A DNA stretch of 64,000 nt from an uncultured Gammaproteobacteria bacterium (GTDB lineage: Bacteria; Patescibacteriota; Patescibacteriia; Magasanikbacterales; GWA2-37-8), in NCBI GenBank assembly GCA_964496095.1, contig CAZBWU010000002.1, positions 15,595 through 79,594 of the forward strand. The letters run 5' to 3'. Below the pieces are notes generated by a model that was given only the letters and a program-made list of their open reading frames with translations, ran no database searches and had not been told where the DNA came from. Shown piece after piece: positions 28,680 through 39,235 of this stretch; the stretch's first letter is position 1, and each line of letters opens with the position of its first letter. Position numbers and translations under genes: made by a program.

Positions 28680-30059
28680 ATGTATCGGTTGAAACAGATT
28701 ACCCTTCTGACAGGCGACCTTATCGGACTATACGTCGGCCTATATACGGCTTTGTTTTTGAGATATCTTACCGCCCCTGGGCAAAACTTTTTAGAATTAT
28801 TAACTCCCCTAACTTTACTATTTTTTGTAGCAGTGATAATACTTTTTATCGCCGGTCTTTATGATGCTACCAAAGCCAAAAACTCTTGGCCATACTTTCA
28901 AAAAATAATTATCAGCGCTTTGGTTTGGATAATTTTGGGCATCGTCTATTTCTATATCGCTCCAAAAAAAGATGTCTCACCAAAAACAATTTTGCTTCTC
29001 ACAGCTCTAGTCGGATTTGGCTTAATTTCACTTTGGAGATTTTGTTATAACAAATTTATTTCCACCACTCTCAAATACAATGTAATTTTTGCAGGCATTA
29101 CTAGCGAAGTAAAAGAACTAATTGAAACTATCCAAAAAGAACCTCAGAGAGGTTATTTTGTAAATGGTGTTATCTACGAAAATGAGTCCGATAAAAATAT
29201 CTTATCTTCCCAAGCTAATCTAATTTTTGGCAGAAATATTTCTGAATTAAACTCACAAAGCGCCGAAAAAGCCAACATTATCGTCCTCTCCCCTGGCATG
29301 AGCGCCAATCAAGAACTTCTCAAAGATCTATATAACAGTTTGTTCCAGCAAGTAAGCATTGTAAGTCTCTCAGATTTTTACGAACTCATCATGGCTAGAA
29401 TTCCACCTTTTACTTTTTCCGAGGGTTGGTTTGTCGCCAACTTGCACGAACAACAGAAAAAAATTTATGATCGCTTCCGCATCCTGACTGATTATTTTTT
29501 TGCCATTATTATCGGTGTATTTTTTATCATTCTTTTTCCTTTTGTCTTTGTAGCCATAAAACTTAACTCCAAGGGCTCAATATTCTTTCCACATGACAGA
29601 GTTGGCAGACAAGGAAAAATTTTTAAACTATACAAATTTCGTAGCATGAAATCTTTATCAACAGATGGTAGCGCAGAAACTAACGGCCCGCAATTTGCAT
29701 CTACTAATGACAGTCGCATAACCTTAGTAGGTAAATTTTTACGCCTTACTCATATCGATGAAACTCCTCAATTTATAAACATTCTCAAAGGCGAAATGTC
29801 ATTCATTGGCCCTCGCCCTGAGCGTCCAGAGTTTGTCTCCCAACTAACAGAAAAAATGCCTTATTACGCTTTAAGACACCTGATAAAACCCGGTCTCACT
29901 GGCTGGGCGCAAGTAAATAACTCCTATTATGGAACCATCGAAGAAAACCTCCAAAAACTTGAATATGATTTATTTTATATAAAAAATCGCAACCTCACTC
30001 TCGATATTTCTATAATACTTCGGACTATTAATACTATCTTGAGATTGGGAGGAAGATAA
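28680..30059 (+). CDS. Priming polyprenyl glycosylphosphotransferase (sugar transferase)
   Basis: YKFRSM, GKFLRLTHIDETPQ, GPRPE, KPGLTGWAQV. Confidence 0.93.
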   Translation: MYRLKQITLLTGDLIGLYVGLYTALFLRYLTAPGQNFLELLTPLTLLFFVAVIILFIAGLYDATKAKNSWPYFQKIIISALVWIILGIVYFYIAPKKDVSPKTILLLTALVGFGLISLWRFCYNKFISTTLKYNVIFAGITSEVKELIETIQKEPQRGYFVNGVIYENESDKNILSSQANLIFGRNISELNSQSAEKANIIVLSPGMSANQELLKDLYNSLFQQVSIVSLSDFYELIMARIPPFTFSEGWFVANLHEQQKKIYDRFRILTDYFFAIIIGVFFIILFPFVFVAIKLNSKGSIFFPHDRVGRQGKIFKLYKFRSMKSLSTDGSAETNGPQFASTNDSRITLVGKFLRLTHIDETPQFINILKGEMSFIGPRPERPEFVSQLTEKMPYYALRHLIKPGLTGWAQVNNSYYGTIEENLQKLEYDLFYIKNRNLTLDISIILRTINTILRLGGR

Positions 30060-30082
30060 GAAATAAAAAATTGCTTAAAAAG

Positions 30083-30322
30083 CTAAAATAAGATTGGCAG
30101 TTTTGGAACGCAAGACCACTCACCCATTCCCACTGCCTTACAACCTGACTTAACACAGCTTGTTTCACCTCCGGAGTATGGATATGATGGGCCAAATTCT
30201 TTGCAACGCAACTCTTCCGATCTTTGTATTTGAACATAAAAAGTACCTGCCCAAAAACTTAACCCGAGCATTATAATAACAAAACTAATCACAAAGAAAT
30301 TTTTCATAACCGAATACAACAA
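30083..30322 (-). CDS. Small exported Cys-containing hypothetical protein
   Basis: N-terminal TM followed by four Cys. Confidence 0.55.
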   Translation of the reverse strand: MLYSVMKNFFVISFVIIMLGLSFWAGTFYVQIQRSEELRCKEFGPSYPYSGGETSCVKSGCKAVGMGEWSCVPKLPILF

Positions 30323-30333
30323 AAAATTATTAT

Positions 30334-31974
30334 TTAATCAATTTTTTTCCCTTTTAATCCCGCCTTCACAAGCCCCACGAACAAAGGATGTGGAAAAAGG
30401 AAACGAGATTTGAACTCTGGATGAAATTGCACCCCGACAAAATATGGGTGCTTTTTTAATTCTATAATTTCTACAAGATTTGATTGCGGATTAACACCTG
30501 TGACTACCATACCCTTCTTTTCCATTTCTTCTCTATACTTGTTATCAAACTCGTAGCGGTGACGATGGCGTTCACTAATTTTTTCTGACTTATACAAATC
30601 GCGAGAGATACTTCCTGGCGTCAAAACACAATCATAAGCTCCCAGACGCATAGTACCACCATAACGAGCTTTTTTGATATTCTCCGCTTGCGTTTGATTG
30701 ACATTGATAATCAAATTTTTACTCTTTGGATTACACTCTACCGTATGAGCATCTTTGTAGCCCAAGACATTGCGAGCAAATTCGATAGTCGCTAATTGCA
30801 TACCATAACAAAGGCCCAAGTACGGCAAATTATTTTCCCGGGCAAACTGAATAGCGTTGAGAATCCCATCAATGCCTCTCGTACCAAATCCACCTGGGAC
30901 AATCAAAGCATCAAAATTACCAAGCTCTTTGACTTTAGCTGGGTCTTTTTCATAGTCCTCAGCATCTACCCAAGTCATGTCTGGGTGCACACCACTATGC
31001 CAAGCTGCATGCTTCACAGCGTTAATTACAGAAGTATAAGAATCTGCCAAGGTGTAATCACCGGTGGCAAAATATTTTCCAACCACGGCAATTTTTATTT
31101 TTTTATCTAATTTATTTATCTTACCCACAAAATTATCCCAGCTCTTATCTGGCGATGTTCTTGCTTTCATTCTCAATCTTTTCATAACCAATTCTGCAAA
31201 TTTTTGTTTTTCTAATACCAAAGGAATTTCATAAATACTATTTACATCGGGAGCATTTATCACATCCTCTTCGTTACGCAAACCGCACAAAACCGAAAGT
31301 TTCTCACGTCTTGGCTTGTCTAACTCAGAAGGACCGCGTGCCACGATAAAATCAGCTTGAATACCGCTAGCATTGAGCGTACGAGAAGCATATTGTGTTG
31401 GTTTAGTCTTCATCTCACCCAAATGTCCTGGGACTGGCAAATAACTAACCAAGACAATAGCCACATCATCTGGCGTCTTTAGCTTCATCATGCGGGCTGC
31501 TTCCAAGAACAAAATATTTTGATATTCTCCGGCTGTACCACCAACTTCAATTACCATTACCTCGGCTTTAGTTTTAGTAGCGGCGTTTTTAATCCGATCA
31601 ATCACTTCCATCGGAATATGAGGCACCACTTCTACACATTTGCCTTTATAGTACATGCTTCTTTCTTTTTCTATGACGCTTTGATATACCCTGCCAGTAG
31701 TCATGTAATTGTATGAGAAAATATCTTTCTCCAAAAATCTTTCATAATTTCCCAAATCTTGGTCAGTCTCATCACCATCTTCGGTCACAAAAACTTCGCC
31801 GTGTTCGGTTGGGTTCATCGTACCTGCATCAATATTAATATATGGATCAATTTTAATGGCCGAAACATTAAATCCTCGGTTTTTAAAAATACGGCCAATA
31901 GATGCCGTAGTTACGCCCTTACCTACTCCGCTTAGCACTCCCCCAATCACGAAAATGTATTTTGTCTTTTGCAT
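30334..31974 (-). CDS. pyrG: CTP synthase
   Basis: GGVLSGVGKG, KTKPTQ, GLCYGMQ, ERHRHRYE, QFHPE. Confidence 0.98.
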   Translation of the reverse strand: MQKTKYIFVIGGVLSGVGKGVTTASIGRIFKNRGFNVSAIKIDPYINIDAGTMNPTEHGEVFVTEDGDETDQDLGNYERFLEKDIFSYNYMTTGRVYQSVIEKERSMYYKGKCVEVVPHIPMEVIDRIKNAATKTKAEVMVIEVGGTAGEYQNILFLEAARMMKLKTPDDVAIVLVSYLPVPGHLGEMKTKPTQYASRTLNASGIQADFIVARGPSELDKPRREKLSVLCGLRNEEDVINAPDVNSIYEIPLVLEKQKFAELVMKRLRMKARTSPDKSWDNFVGKINKLDKKIKIAVVGKYFATGDYTLADSYTSVINAVKHAAWHSGVHPDMTWVDAEDYEKDPAKVKELGNFDALIVPGGFGTRGIDGILNAIQFARENNLPYLGLCYGMQLATIEFARNVLGYKDAHTVECNPKSKNLIINVNQTQAENIKKARYGGTMRLGAYDCVLTPGSISRDLYKSEKISERHRHRYEFDNKYREEMEKKGMVVTGVNPQSNLVEIIELKKHPYFVGVQFHPEFKSRFLFPHPLFVGLVKAGLKGKKID

Positions 31975-31985
31975 ATGTTTTTTAT

Positions 31986-32071
31986 TGTCATCCCGAGCGA
32001 AGCCGCTTTTGCGGCTGACGAGGGATCTATACTTTAATGAATAGATTCCTCACACAAGGTTCGGAATGACA
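31986..32071. repeat. TGTCA...TGACA element, copy 6
   Basis: Nearly the same as copy 4: tgtcatcccgagcgaagccgct...gcggctgacgagggatct...ttcggaatgaca. Confidence 0.9.
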
Positions 32072-32077
32072 GTTAAT

Positions 32078-32518
32078 TTAAATTTTAGATACAACTATAT
32101 GAATTTCCGATTCCAAGCCATAGGAAAATTTCACCTTGGCGCTAAATTGTCCAACATCTTTAATCGGTTTCATCACTATCTGATTCTTATCTACATTAAA
32201 ACCGGTTTTTTTCAAAACTTCAGATATTTTTTGAGGACCTACTGATGCATACAACGCTCCGACCGCACTAGTTTTTTCTTTTATCACCACTTCATGCCCA
32301 TCCAATTTCTCAGCCAACTCTTGTTGGTGTCGCAATTCTTCTTCTACATTTTTTACTTGTTTTGTCTTACGAGCTTTGATTTCAGCTAACATTTTGGGTG
32401 TGGCCGGCACAGCCAAATTCTTGGCAAACAAAAAATTACGGGCATAGCCTTCGGAGACTTCCTTAATATCATCAATTTTGCCTATCTTAGGGACATTTTG
32501 AATAAAAACGACTTTCAT
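32078..32518 (-). CDS. rplI: 50S ribosomal protein L9
   Basis: KEVSEGYARNFLF. Confidence 0.97.
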   Translation of the reverse strand: MKVVFIQNVPKIGKIDDIKEVSEGYARNFLFAKNLAVPATPKMLAEIKARKTKQVKNVEEELRHQQELAEKLDGHEVVIKEKTSAVGALYASVGPQKISEVLKKTGFNVDKNQIVMKPIKDVGQFSAKVKFSYGLESEIHIVVSKI

Positions 32519-32586
32519 ACTTGTAGCCTTGATTTAACTAGATTATTCGTGTAGTATTATACTATTATAGAATTTTATAGGCAAAT

Positions 32587-33438
32587 ATGTTCAAATCAGG
32601 CTTTATTACTCTAGTCGGGCGTTCCAATGTGGGCAAATCTGCGCTTATCAATACTTTGATCGGCACCAAGATTGCCGCTGTCACCGATAAACCCCAGACT
32701 ACCAGAGACATTATACACGGCGTCCTAAACACTCCGCAAGGGCAGGCTGTGTTTGTTGATACCCCTGGAATTTTCAAAGACAAGGGCAATGCCCTCTCTG
32801 GCAAACTGACTGAGAGAGCTAAAGAATCTTTGCATGGCGTAGAAATTATAATGTATGTCGTTGACCCTTGCAAATCTATTGGTGAAGAAGAACGCGCAAC
32901 GCTAGCCATGATTCGCAATATCAATATTCCAAAACTACTTATCATCAACAAGTCTGATTTGCCTACTTACGAAAAAAAATTCCTTGATGATTACCTAGCG
33001 CTCAAAGATCAATTCACTGAAATTTTTGAAGTTTCCGCTGAAGCCAATCGCCATATCCAACCGCTCAAAGACAAAGTATTTGAATTACTCCCAGAAGGCG
33101 AACCGATTTATCCAATAGATCAATTAACCAATATTGATAAAAAAACTTGGGTAGCAGAAATTATCAGAGAAAAAATCTTCCGCGCGCTACGCCAAGAAGT
33201 GCCGTATACCACTCATGTAGAAGTGACTGACATTGAGGAAAGACCAGACATGTTTATCGTCAAATCACTTGTTTATACTTTTGATAGTCGCTATAAGAAA
33301 ATGATTATCGGCGCTGGTGGCAGATCAATCAAAGAAATTGGCATTGCTGCTCGCAAAGAATTAGAAGCCGCACTCAATAAAAAAGTCTTCTTGGAACTTG
33401 AAGTTGAAACTGACAGACGGTGGGAAGAAAAAATTTAA
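32587..33438 (+). CDS. era: GTPase Era
   Basis: GRSNVGKS, PQTTR, DTPG, NKSD, KH domain. Confidence 0.97.
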   Translation: MFKSGFITLVGRSNVGKSALINTLIGTKIAAVTDKPQTTRDIIHGVLNTPQGQAVFVDTPGIFKDKGNALSGKLTERAKESLHGVEIIMYVVDPCKSIGEEERATLAMIRNINIPKLLIINKSDLPTYEKKFLDDYLALKDQFTEIFEVSAEANRHIQPLKDKVFELLPEGEPIYPIDQLTNIDKKTWVAEIIREKIFRALRQEVPYTTHVEVTDIEERPDMFIVKSLVYTFDSRYKKMIIGAGGRSIKEIGIAARKELEAALNKKVFLELEVETDRRWEEKI

Positions 33439-33476
33439 AAACAAAAAAGCCGTCTGTATAGACGGCTTTTTTGTTT
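33439..33476. terminator. Bidirectional intrinsic terminator
   Basis: aaacaaaaaagccgtct-gtat-agacggcttttttgttt. Confidence 0.9.
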
Positions 33477-33506
33477 CATTAATAGCGTAGGAGAAAATTT
33501 ATTTCA

Positions 33507-34769
33507 TTACCACTTAAAAGTAGTTGAAGCTAAAATATCCAAAGCGGCATTAAGAACCAAATCCTCCCCCACCTTTTCTTTCTCCCAATCTTCTTTCATT
33601 TCAATATTTGGTTTGATGCCTTCTTTGTTTATATTTTTTCCATTTGGAGTGTACCATTCGGCAATTGTGAGTTTCAAAGCTGATCCATCTGGAAATTGTT
33701 CCAAATCCTGAACTGATCCCTTACCATAGGTCTGTTCTCCCAAAAGAATTCCTTTTTTTGTATCCTGCAACGCGCCAGCCACAATCTCTGAAGCTGAAGC
33801 TGAACCTTTATTAACAAGTACTACTGTTTTTATTCTTGAAAATGGATGCGAGCCGTAGGTCTTGTGTTCATTATTAATGCCATTTCTCCCTTTCTCACTT
33901 ACCACCGAGCCTTCAGTCACCCAATAGCCGGCCATATCAATAGCAGTATCAAGATAACCTCCTGGATTATTTCTAAGATCTAGAACAATCCCACTTGCTT
34001 TTTTATTTGTTATTTCTTTGGCATATTTTGCCAATTTCTTTTTGGTATCTTCATTAAATTGCATCACGCGCAAATAGGCCACGTTATTTTCTTTGAAAGA
34101 GAATAAAATGGAAGGAATAATAATTTTTGCTCTGGTAACAATTACATCCTGAGATTTGGTTTGACCGTCGCGAAGAATTGTTAGTGTCACTTTGGTATTT
34201 GCCTTACCCCTAATCTTACTCACCGCTGTATTTACATCCATTCCGGCTGTACTAGTTGTATCAATAGCCAAAATCTTATCCCCCGGTCGAAGGCCTGACT
34301 TTTCGGCTGGAGAGTCCGGCAGTGGCGAAACTACCATCAATTGAGCCTCTTTGATACCAATCTCCGCGCCAATACCCTCCAGCTCACCAGATAAGTCTTT
34401 GGCAAATTCATCGGCTTCCTTTGGCGGGAAGTAGAGAGAGTATGGGTCACCCAATGAGCCTACAAGGCCCTGGATGGCGCCATAGAGCATCGTAGTTTCA
34501 TCAGAGGACTGTTTGACATACTTATTCTTGATTTTGTCCCATACCTCCCAGAACTGATCAAATTCTACACCTGACTTATTAACCGAACGATCCGGGTTCA
34601 AAATATTGGCCACGTCTGTAGAACTACTCGAAGCTGTGATTTGATTTTTTGCATTCCAAGTACGACCAACAGATACACCTATCCCAAAAGAAATAATAAA
34701 AAATATTACTATCAAATAGGTGCCGAAATATTTTTGAGCTCTACTTTTTACTGGTGAAGTGTCAGACAT
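33507..34769 (-). CDS. ctpA: S41 carboxyl-terminal processing protease
   Basis: GIGAEI PDZ domain, DLRNNPGG, SASASEI, TYGKGSVQ. Confidence 0.93.
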   Translation of the reverse strand: MSDTSPVKSRAQKYFGTYLIVIFFIISFGIGVSVGRTWNAKNQITASSSSTDVANILNPDRSVNKSGVEFDQFWEVWDKIKNKYVKQSSDETTMLYGAIQGLVGSLGDPYSLYFPPKEADEFAKDLSGELEGIGAEIGIKEAQLMVVSPLPDSPAEKSGLRPGDKILAIDTTSTAGMDVNTAVSKIRGKANTKVTLTILRDGQTKSQDVIVTRAKIIIPSILFSFKENNVAYLRVMQFNEDTKKKLAKYAKEITNKKASGIVLDLRNNPGGYLDTAIDMAGYWVTEGSVVSEKGRNGINNEHKTYGSHPFSRIKTVVLVNKGSASASEIVAGALQDTKKGILLGEQTYGKGSVQDLEQFPDGSALKLTIAEWYTPNGKNINKEGIKPNIEMKEDWEKEKVGEDLVLNAALDILASTTFKW

Positions 34770-34774
34770 AAATT

Positions 34775-36070
34775 TTATTCTTTAACTACTTTAATATCCG
34801 CTCCGGCTTTATTTAAAACTTCATATAAATTTTCATAGCCTCTATCTATTGTATATGTATTTCGTAAAATAGATTTACCTTTGGCGGCGAGCATACCAAT
34901 AAGAATATTTACCCCGGGTCGCAAAGCTGGTGGACATACAACTTCATTGGCTTTGAATTTGGTTGGACCTTCTACCCACGCGCGATGCAGATCGAGCAGA
35001 TTGACAGTGACACCGAGTTTTTGCATTTCCATATAGTAGACTGATCTGTTTTCGTATGCCCAGTCATGCACCAAGGTTCGGCCTGTAGCCTTAGCTAGAA
35101 TCGGCACAAACAAAGGCAAGTTATCAATATTAAGTCCCGGAAATGGTCGGCCATAAATTTTGTCTGGCAAAGCTTTTAACTTTGATGGCCAAACCTCAAT
35201 ACTTGCCATGCGAAACCGGTCGTGTTTTTCGTACTTTACTGCAAACTTCTGACCCATCTTGGCTAATTTTAATAATTCCAAATCAAGAAAATCCATCGGA
35301 CAATGCTTCACAACCAAATGCGAATCAGTGGTGATAGCCACAGATAAAAACGTCATGGCTGCGATTGGATCTGGCATTATAGAATAGCTAACTTCGGTTT
35401 TTAATTTCTTAACACCTTCAATCACTAGCGTGGTCGTGCCAATACCCTCTATCTTAGCTCCTGCTTCACGCAAGAAAAAACAAAGGTCTTGCACCATATA
35501 ATTGGCTGAGGCCATACGAATCGTAGTTTTACCTGGAGCCAAAACAGATGCCATAATCGCATTTTCAGTTGGCGTATCTCCTGATTCATACATTACAATT
35601 TCAGAAGCTTTTAAAGGACTGTTTTTTACTTCATAAAATCCTAATTTGGAAACAACACTCACACCAAAACTTTCCAAAGCATAAAGATGCGGACGGACAG
35701 TACGCTCACCCAAACGACAACCTCCTGATTTATATAGTTTATAATTAATATTATGAGATGCCAAAGCTCCTAATAACAAAAGAGATGATCTGGTCACTTC
35801 AGAAGCATGTCGATCTATTTTATCTAGTTCAAGTTTTCCACTTGCATCCAGAGTCATTTTACCTGGACCGGTTTTTTCAATCTTTACCCCAATACTTCCT
35901 AGCAACTCTAAAATACGATTAACTTCTTCTATTTGAGGCACATCTGACAAAACTGTTTTACCTCGCACCAAAAGAGAGGCGCATAAAATAGCCACCGCTG
36001 AGTTTTTGGATGGCTGGTTTATAATTTCTCCGTGTAATTTCTTACCGCCATTTATAACTAAATATGACAT
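34775..36070 (-). CDS. murA: UDP-N-acetylglucosamine 1-carboxyvinyltransferase
   Basis: SKNS, GGCRLGER, TENAIMA, IDRGYE. Confidence 0.92.
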   Translation of the reverse strand: MSYLVINGGKKLHGEIINQPSKNSAVAILCASLLVRGKTVLSDVPQIEEVNRILELLGSIGVKIEKTGPGKMTLDASGKLELDKIDRHASEVTRSSLLLLGALASHNINYKLYKSGGCRLGERTVRPHLYALESFGVSVVSKLGFYEVKNSPLKASEIVMYESGDTPTENAIMASVLAPGKTTIRMASANYMVQDLCFFLREAGAKIEGIGTTTLVIEGVKKLKTEVSYSIMPDPIAAMTFLSVAITTDSHLVVKHCPMDFLDLELLKLAKMGQKFAVKYEKHDRFRMASIEVWPSKLKALPDKIYGRPFPGLNIDNLPLFVPILAKATGRTLVHDWAYENRSVYYMEMQKLGVTVNLLDLHRAWVEGPTKFKANEVVCPPALRPGVNILIGMLAAKGKSILRNTYTIDRGYENLYEVLNKAGADIKVVKE

Positions 36071-36226
36071 ATTATCTTGTTGGCTATTGGCTAAAAAGCT
36101 ATTTTAAGTTAGTATATTAAGATATAATCACCATTCACTCAAAAAAGCCTGTAAACATTCTTTTTATTCGCTTCATGATGATTATAAGTATATTATAAAA
36201 GTCCGGCTAAGTCAAAGCAAAAAAAC

Positions 36227-36315
36227 TCACCTATTTCGTTATATGGGCTAAAAGCCCATATATTCTCATTCGCTCAAAAATTTGTAGCGAGCTACATATT
36301 TTTTCACTCATTTCG
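36227..36315 (+). promoter_or_regulatory. Two-hairpin leader element, copy A
   Basis: Ends TCACTCATTTCG-att-ATG; homologous to 39051-39125 and 48942-49031. Confidence 0.8.
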
Positions 36316-36318
36316 ATT

Positions 36319-37704
36319 ATGGAATACCCTGGAACCAAATTTACCCGCCCCATTCGCGTTGCCTTACTTCTTAGCTTAATTGCTCTATTTTTGATTATAT
36401 CCCCCCTTCTAATTATGTATACGGCTGGCTACCGCTATGACTGGAAAAATGGCCTGCTCAAAGAAACTGGCGCCATCAACATTGACCTGGAACCAAAAAC
36501 AGCAATGGTCTACCTCAATAATGTCAAACTACAAGATAAAATTCCGGTTCGCTTAAACAATATTATCCCTGCCAAATATAATGTCCGTGTCACAAGTCAA
36601 GGCTATTTTGATTGGAACAAAGAAATAGAAGTCAAAAATAAACAAACAAACTACATCAAAGAAATCAGCTTACTCAAAAAAAATAAACCTGAAATTTTAA
36701 TTACCGGAGAAATAAATAATTTTGCAGTTTCTTACGATGGCCAATTTATCATTTATACCACCATAGAAAATGGTGACAATGAAATTTGGCTCTGGGATAA
36801 TAATACCAAACAAACCAATAGTTTATTTCGCCTTCCAGGCAATACAAAAATAAACATAGCTTGGGCGGAAAAAAATAATTACGTTTTAATTACAGACTCT
36901 GCCACCCCTTATTATCAAATAAGAATTATAAACGCGCTAGACTCGCTCAAACAAATAGACTTAACCAAAGAAAGTTTATTTATAAATAAAATCCAATGGG
37001 CAAACACATCTGACCCTCAATTGTATTACAGCACTAAAGAAAAAATTCTTTCCTACTCCCCTATTACCCAAACAAGTCAAACTATTAGCGCCAATAATTA
37101 CGCCGACTGGTACATGGAAAATGCCCAATTATGGACAATGCAGACAGATTCATCTACCAAGGACTACATAATCACCAAAGACACTTTGGGCTTTAGTAAA
37201 ATCTTAAAACAAATTAAAGATAGTGAGATAAAACTAACTACTGATATAGATCCTAAAGAAAAAGAAGTTAAAATCGGTTTTGCAGTTGCCAGACAAAACA
37301 GCGCCCTAATCAAAACAAACACAAATGGAAAAATGCTTTTGGTAAACAATAACGTAGTCCTACCAATGCAAGTAAGTAAATTTTTAATTTCAAAATATAA
37401 TAACTGGTGGCTTATGTGGTCTGACTGGGAATTGTGGAGCTATAATGACAATGAGAATCCATACTTACTCAATAGGTCTGGCGAACACCTGACTGACACT
37501 TTGCCTTTGGATCAATATAATACTTTGGCACTCGTCTGGGCAGACAAAGTCACCGCCCTCTTCCCTTACTACTCTGTGAGTCATGATTTAATAAGTGAAA
37601 AAATATCAAATCCCATTGCTGATACAGACAATAAAATTTTGTATTTTATAGAGAGCAATAGCCAGACAAAAAATAATAATGGAATTTGGAAATTAAACTA
37701 TTAA
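36319..37704 (+). CDS. PEGA-domain membrane-anchored protein with probable beta-propeller
   Basis: TM, GYRYD...TG, PEGA-like YNVRVTSQGYFDW, AVSYDG repeats. Confidence 0.8.
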   Translation: MEYPGTKFTRPIRVALLLSLIALFLIISPLLIMYTAGYRYDWKNGLLKETGAINIDLEPKTAMVYLNNVKLQDKIPVRLNNIIPAKYNVRVTSQGYFDWNKEIEVKNKQTNYIKEISLLKKNKPEILITGEINNFAVSYDGQFIIYTTIENGDNEIWLWDNNTKQTNSLFRLPGNTKINIAWAEKNNYVLITDSATPYYQIRIINALDSLKQIDLTKESLFINKIQWANTSDPQLYYSTKEKILSYSPITQTSQTISANNYADWYMENAQLWTMQTDSSTKDYIITKDTLGFSKILKQIKDSEIKLTTDIDPKEKEVKIGFAVARQNSALIKTNTNGKMLLVNNNVVLPMQVSKFLISKYNNWWLMWSDWELWSYNDNENPYLLNRSGEHLTDTLPLDQYNTLALVWADKVTALFPYYSVSHDLISEKISNPIADTDNKILYFIESNSQTKNNNGIWKLNY

Positions 37705-37739
37705 CACAGTTCTCAGTTCGCGGTTCACAGTTCACAATA
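37705..37739. repeat. Five degenerate heptamer tandem repeats (CACAGTT)
   Basis: cacagtt ctcagtt cgcggtt cacagtt cacaata. Confidence 0.7.
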
Positions 37740-37766
37740 AATAAAAGCTGTTTATTCTTTAACTAT

Positions 37767-38168
37767 ATGAGGCTAACAACATATACAGACGGGGGTGCAA
37801 GAGGCAATCCTGGTCCGGCAGCTCTTGGTGTGGTGGTCAAAGACCAGGCAGGCAAAACTATCGCCGGATATGGGCAGTATTTGGGCAACCAGACCAATAA
37901 CTACGCCGAATACTCAGCCCTCATCTCGGCCCTACAAAAAGCCAAGGAGCTAGGCGCAACTGAAGTAGATTGTGTATTAGATAGCGAGCTTGTTTGCAAA
38001 CAAATGAAACGTGAATATAAAGTCAAAGAGCCGACCTTGCAAAAATTATATATTCAAGCCTATAACCTCACGACTCAATTTAAACAGGTGACATTTCGCC
38101 ACACGCTTCGAGCTAATAATAAAGAAGCAGACAGTTGGGTGAATAAAGCTTTGGATGAAAGGCGATAA
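37767..38168 (+). CDS. rnhA: Ribonuclease HI
   Basis: YTDGGARGNPG, TNNYAEY, DSELV, NKEAD. Confidence 0.95.
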   Translation: MRLTTYTDGGARGNPGPAALGVVVKDQAGKTIAGYGQYLGNQTNNYAEYSALISALQKAKELGATEVDCVLDSELVCKQMKREYKVKEPTLQKLYIQAYNLTTQFKQVTFRHTLRANNKEADSWVNKALDERR

Positions 38169-38179
38169 AAATAATAACT

Positions 38180-38213
38180 AAAAAACACCCTCAGATAAAT
38201 GAAGGTGTTTTTT
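38180..38213. terminator. Bidirectional intrinsic terminator
   Basis: aaaaaacacc...ggtgtttttt between convergent genes. Confidence 0.75.
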
Positions 38214-38231
38214 TATAGACTTATTTATGTC

Positions 38232-39047
38232 TTAGATTGATGGGGTAGTAGCTGGTGCTGGAGCCTTAACAGTTACTAATTTTGTTTTGATAACTGTATT
38301 AAGATTTGTATTAACAATACCGTCTACTCTTACTGTACTACCAACTTTTAAGTCGGCAAAAGCAATTGCAGTGTTGGCATTGTTAATTCTGGAAACAAAT
38401 TTTGTATCAGCGTCTGTTTTTACAGTCAAAGTTTTGTCGCCTTGTTTGAAGACAAAAGTCTTATTAACTGCATCTAGACTTACTACTTCGCCTTTCTTAC
38501 TAGAAATCATGTGGATAGAATTGTCTTTAACAGCGGTCACAGACAAAGATCCATCCTTGTTGAATTTAGCTACGATTCTTAATTCGTCACCAACACTCAT
38601 ATCAGACAATTTCATTTTTCCAAAGAATTCTCTGACAAATGTGGTTTTCTTGGTAAGGGTTAAAACAAGGTTGTTGCCTACCACTGGATAAACTACTGCT
38701 GGATCAACTATTTTAGAAGATTTTTTTGGTAACACACTTGTCACATTTACTGTAACTGTGGTGGAAGTTGTAGTAGAAGTGAATTCAGATACTGCGCTGG
38801 CTGTAACTAATTTTCCAACAAAAGTGAGGGTGCGAGGAGTAAATCTTAATGATTTTTCTAAGTCTTTTCTCTTTTGATCATCATTTCTGCGATCTTCCTG
38901 TCTATCCTCACGTCTATCTTCTTGTTTTTTTAACTCTGAAATTTCACGACCACGATTTTCTTGTTCACTATTTTGTGAAGCCAAGGCCGGAGCCACCGAC
39001 ATTAAAGCCATCACTGCGACTAAAGATCCTATTATATATTTTTTCAT
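38232..39047 (-). CDS. Secreted protein with two DUF5666-like OB-fold repeats
   Basis: Signal peptide; LSDMSVGDELRI and FADLKVGSTVRVDG repeats. Confidence 0.75.
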   Translation of the reverse strand: MKKYIIGSLVAVMALMSVAPALASQNSEQENRGREISELKKQEDRREDRQEDRRNDDQKRKDLEKSLRFTPRTLTFVGKLVTASAVSEFTSTTTSTTVTVNVTSVLPKKSSKIVDPAVVYPVVGNNLVLTLTKKTTFVREFFGKMKLSDMSVGDELRIVAKFNKDGSLSVTAVKDNSIHMISSKKGEVVSLDAVNKTFVFKQGDKTLTVKTDADTKFVSRINNANTAIAFADLKVGSTVRVDGIVNTNLNTVIKTKLVTVKAPAPATTPSI

Positions 39048-39050
39048 ATA

Positions 39051-39125
39051 CGAAATGAGTGAGGAAATAAATTAAATGTTGTTAATTTATTCCGAGCGAA
39101 TGAGTATATATGGTTTACCTATATA
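39051..39125 (-). promoter_or_regulatory. Two-hairpin leader element, copy C (divergent)
   Basis: CTCATTCGCTC and TCACTCATTTCG-tat-ATG are conserved; stems covary. Confidence 0.75.
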
Positions 39126-39235
39126 CAGATTATAATTAAATTTAATTAAATACTTTTACTCAGACTGTTTATCGACCTCTCCTCCTCCATCCCGACTCAG
39201 TCGGAACCAGAGAGTTAAACAGTTAAAACTTATTT

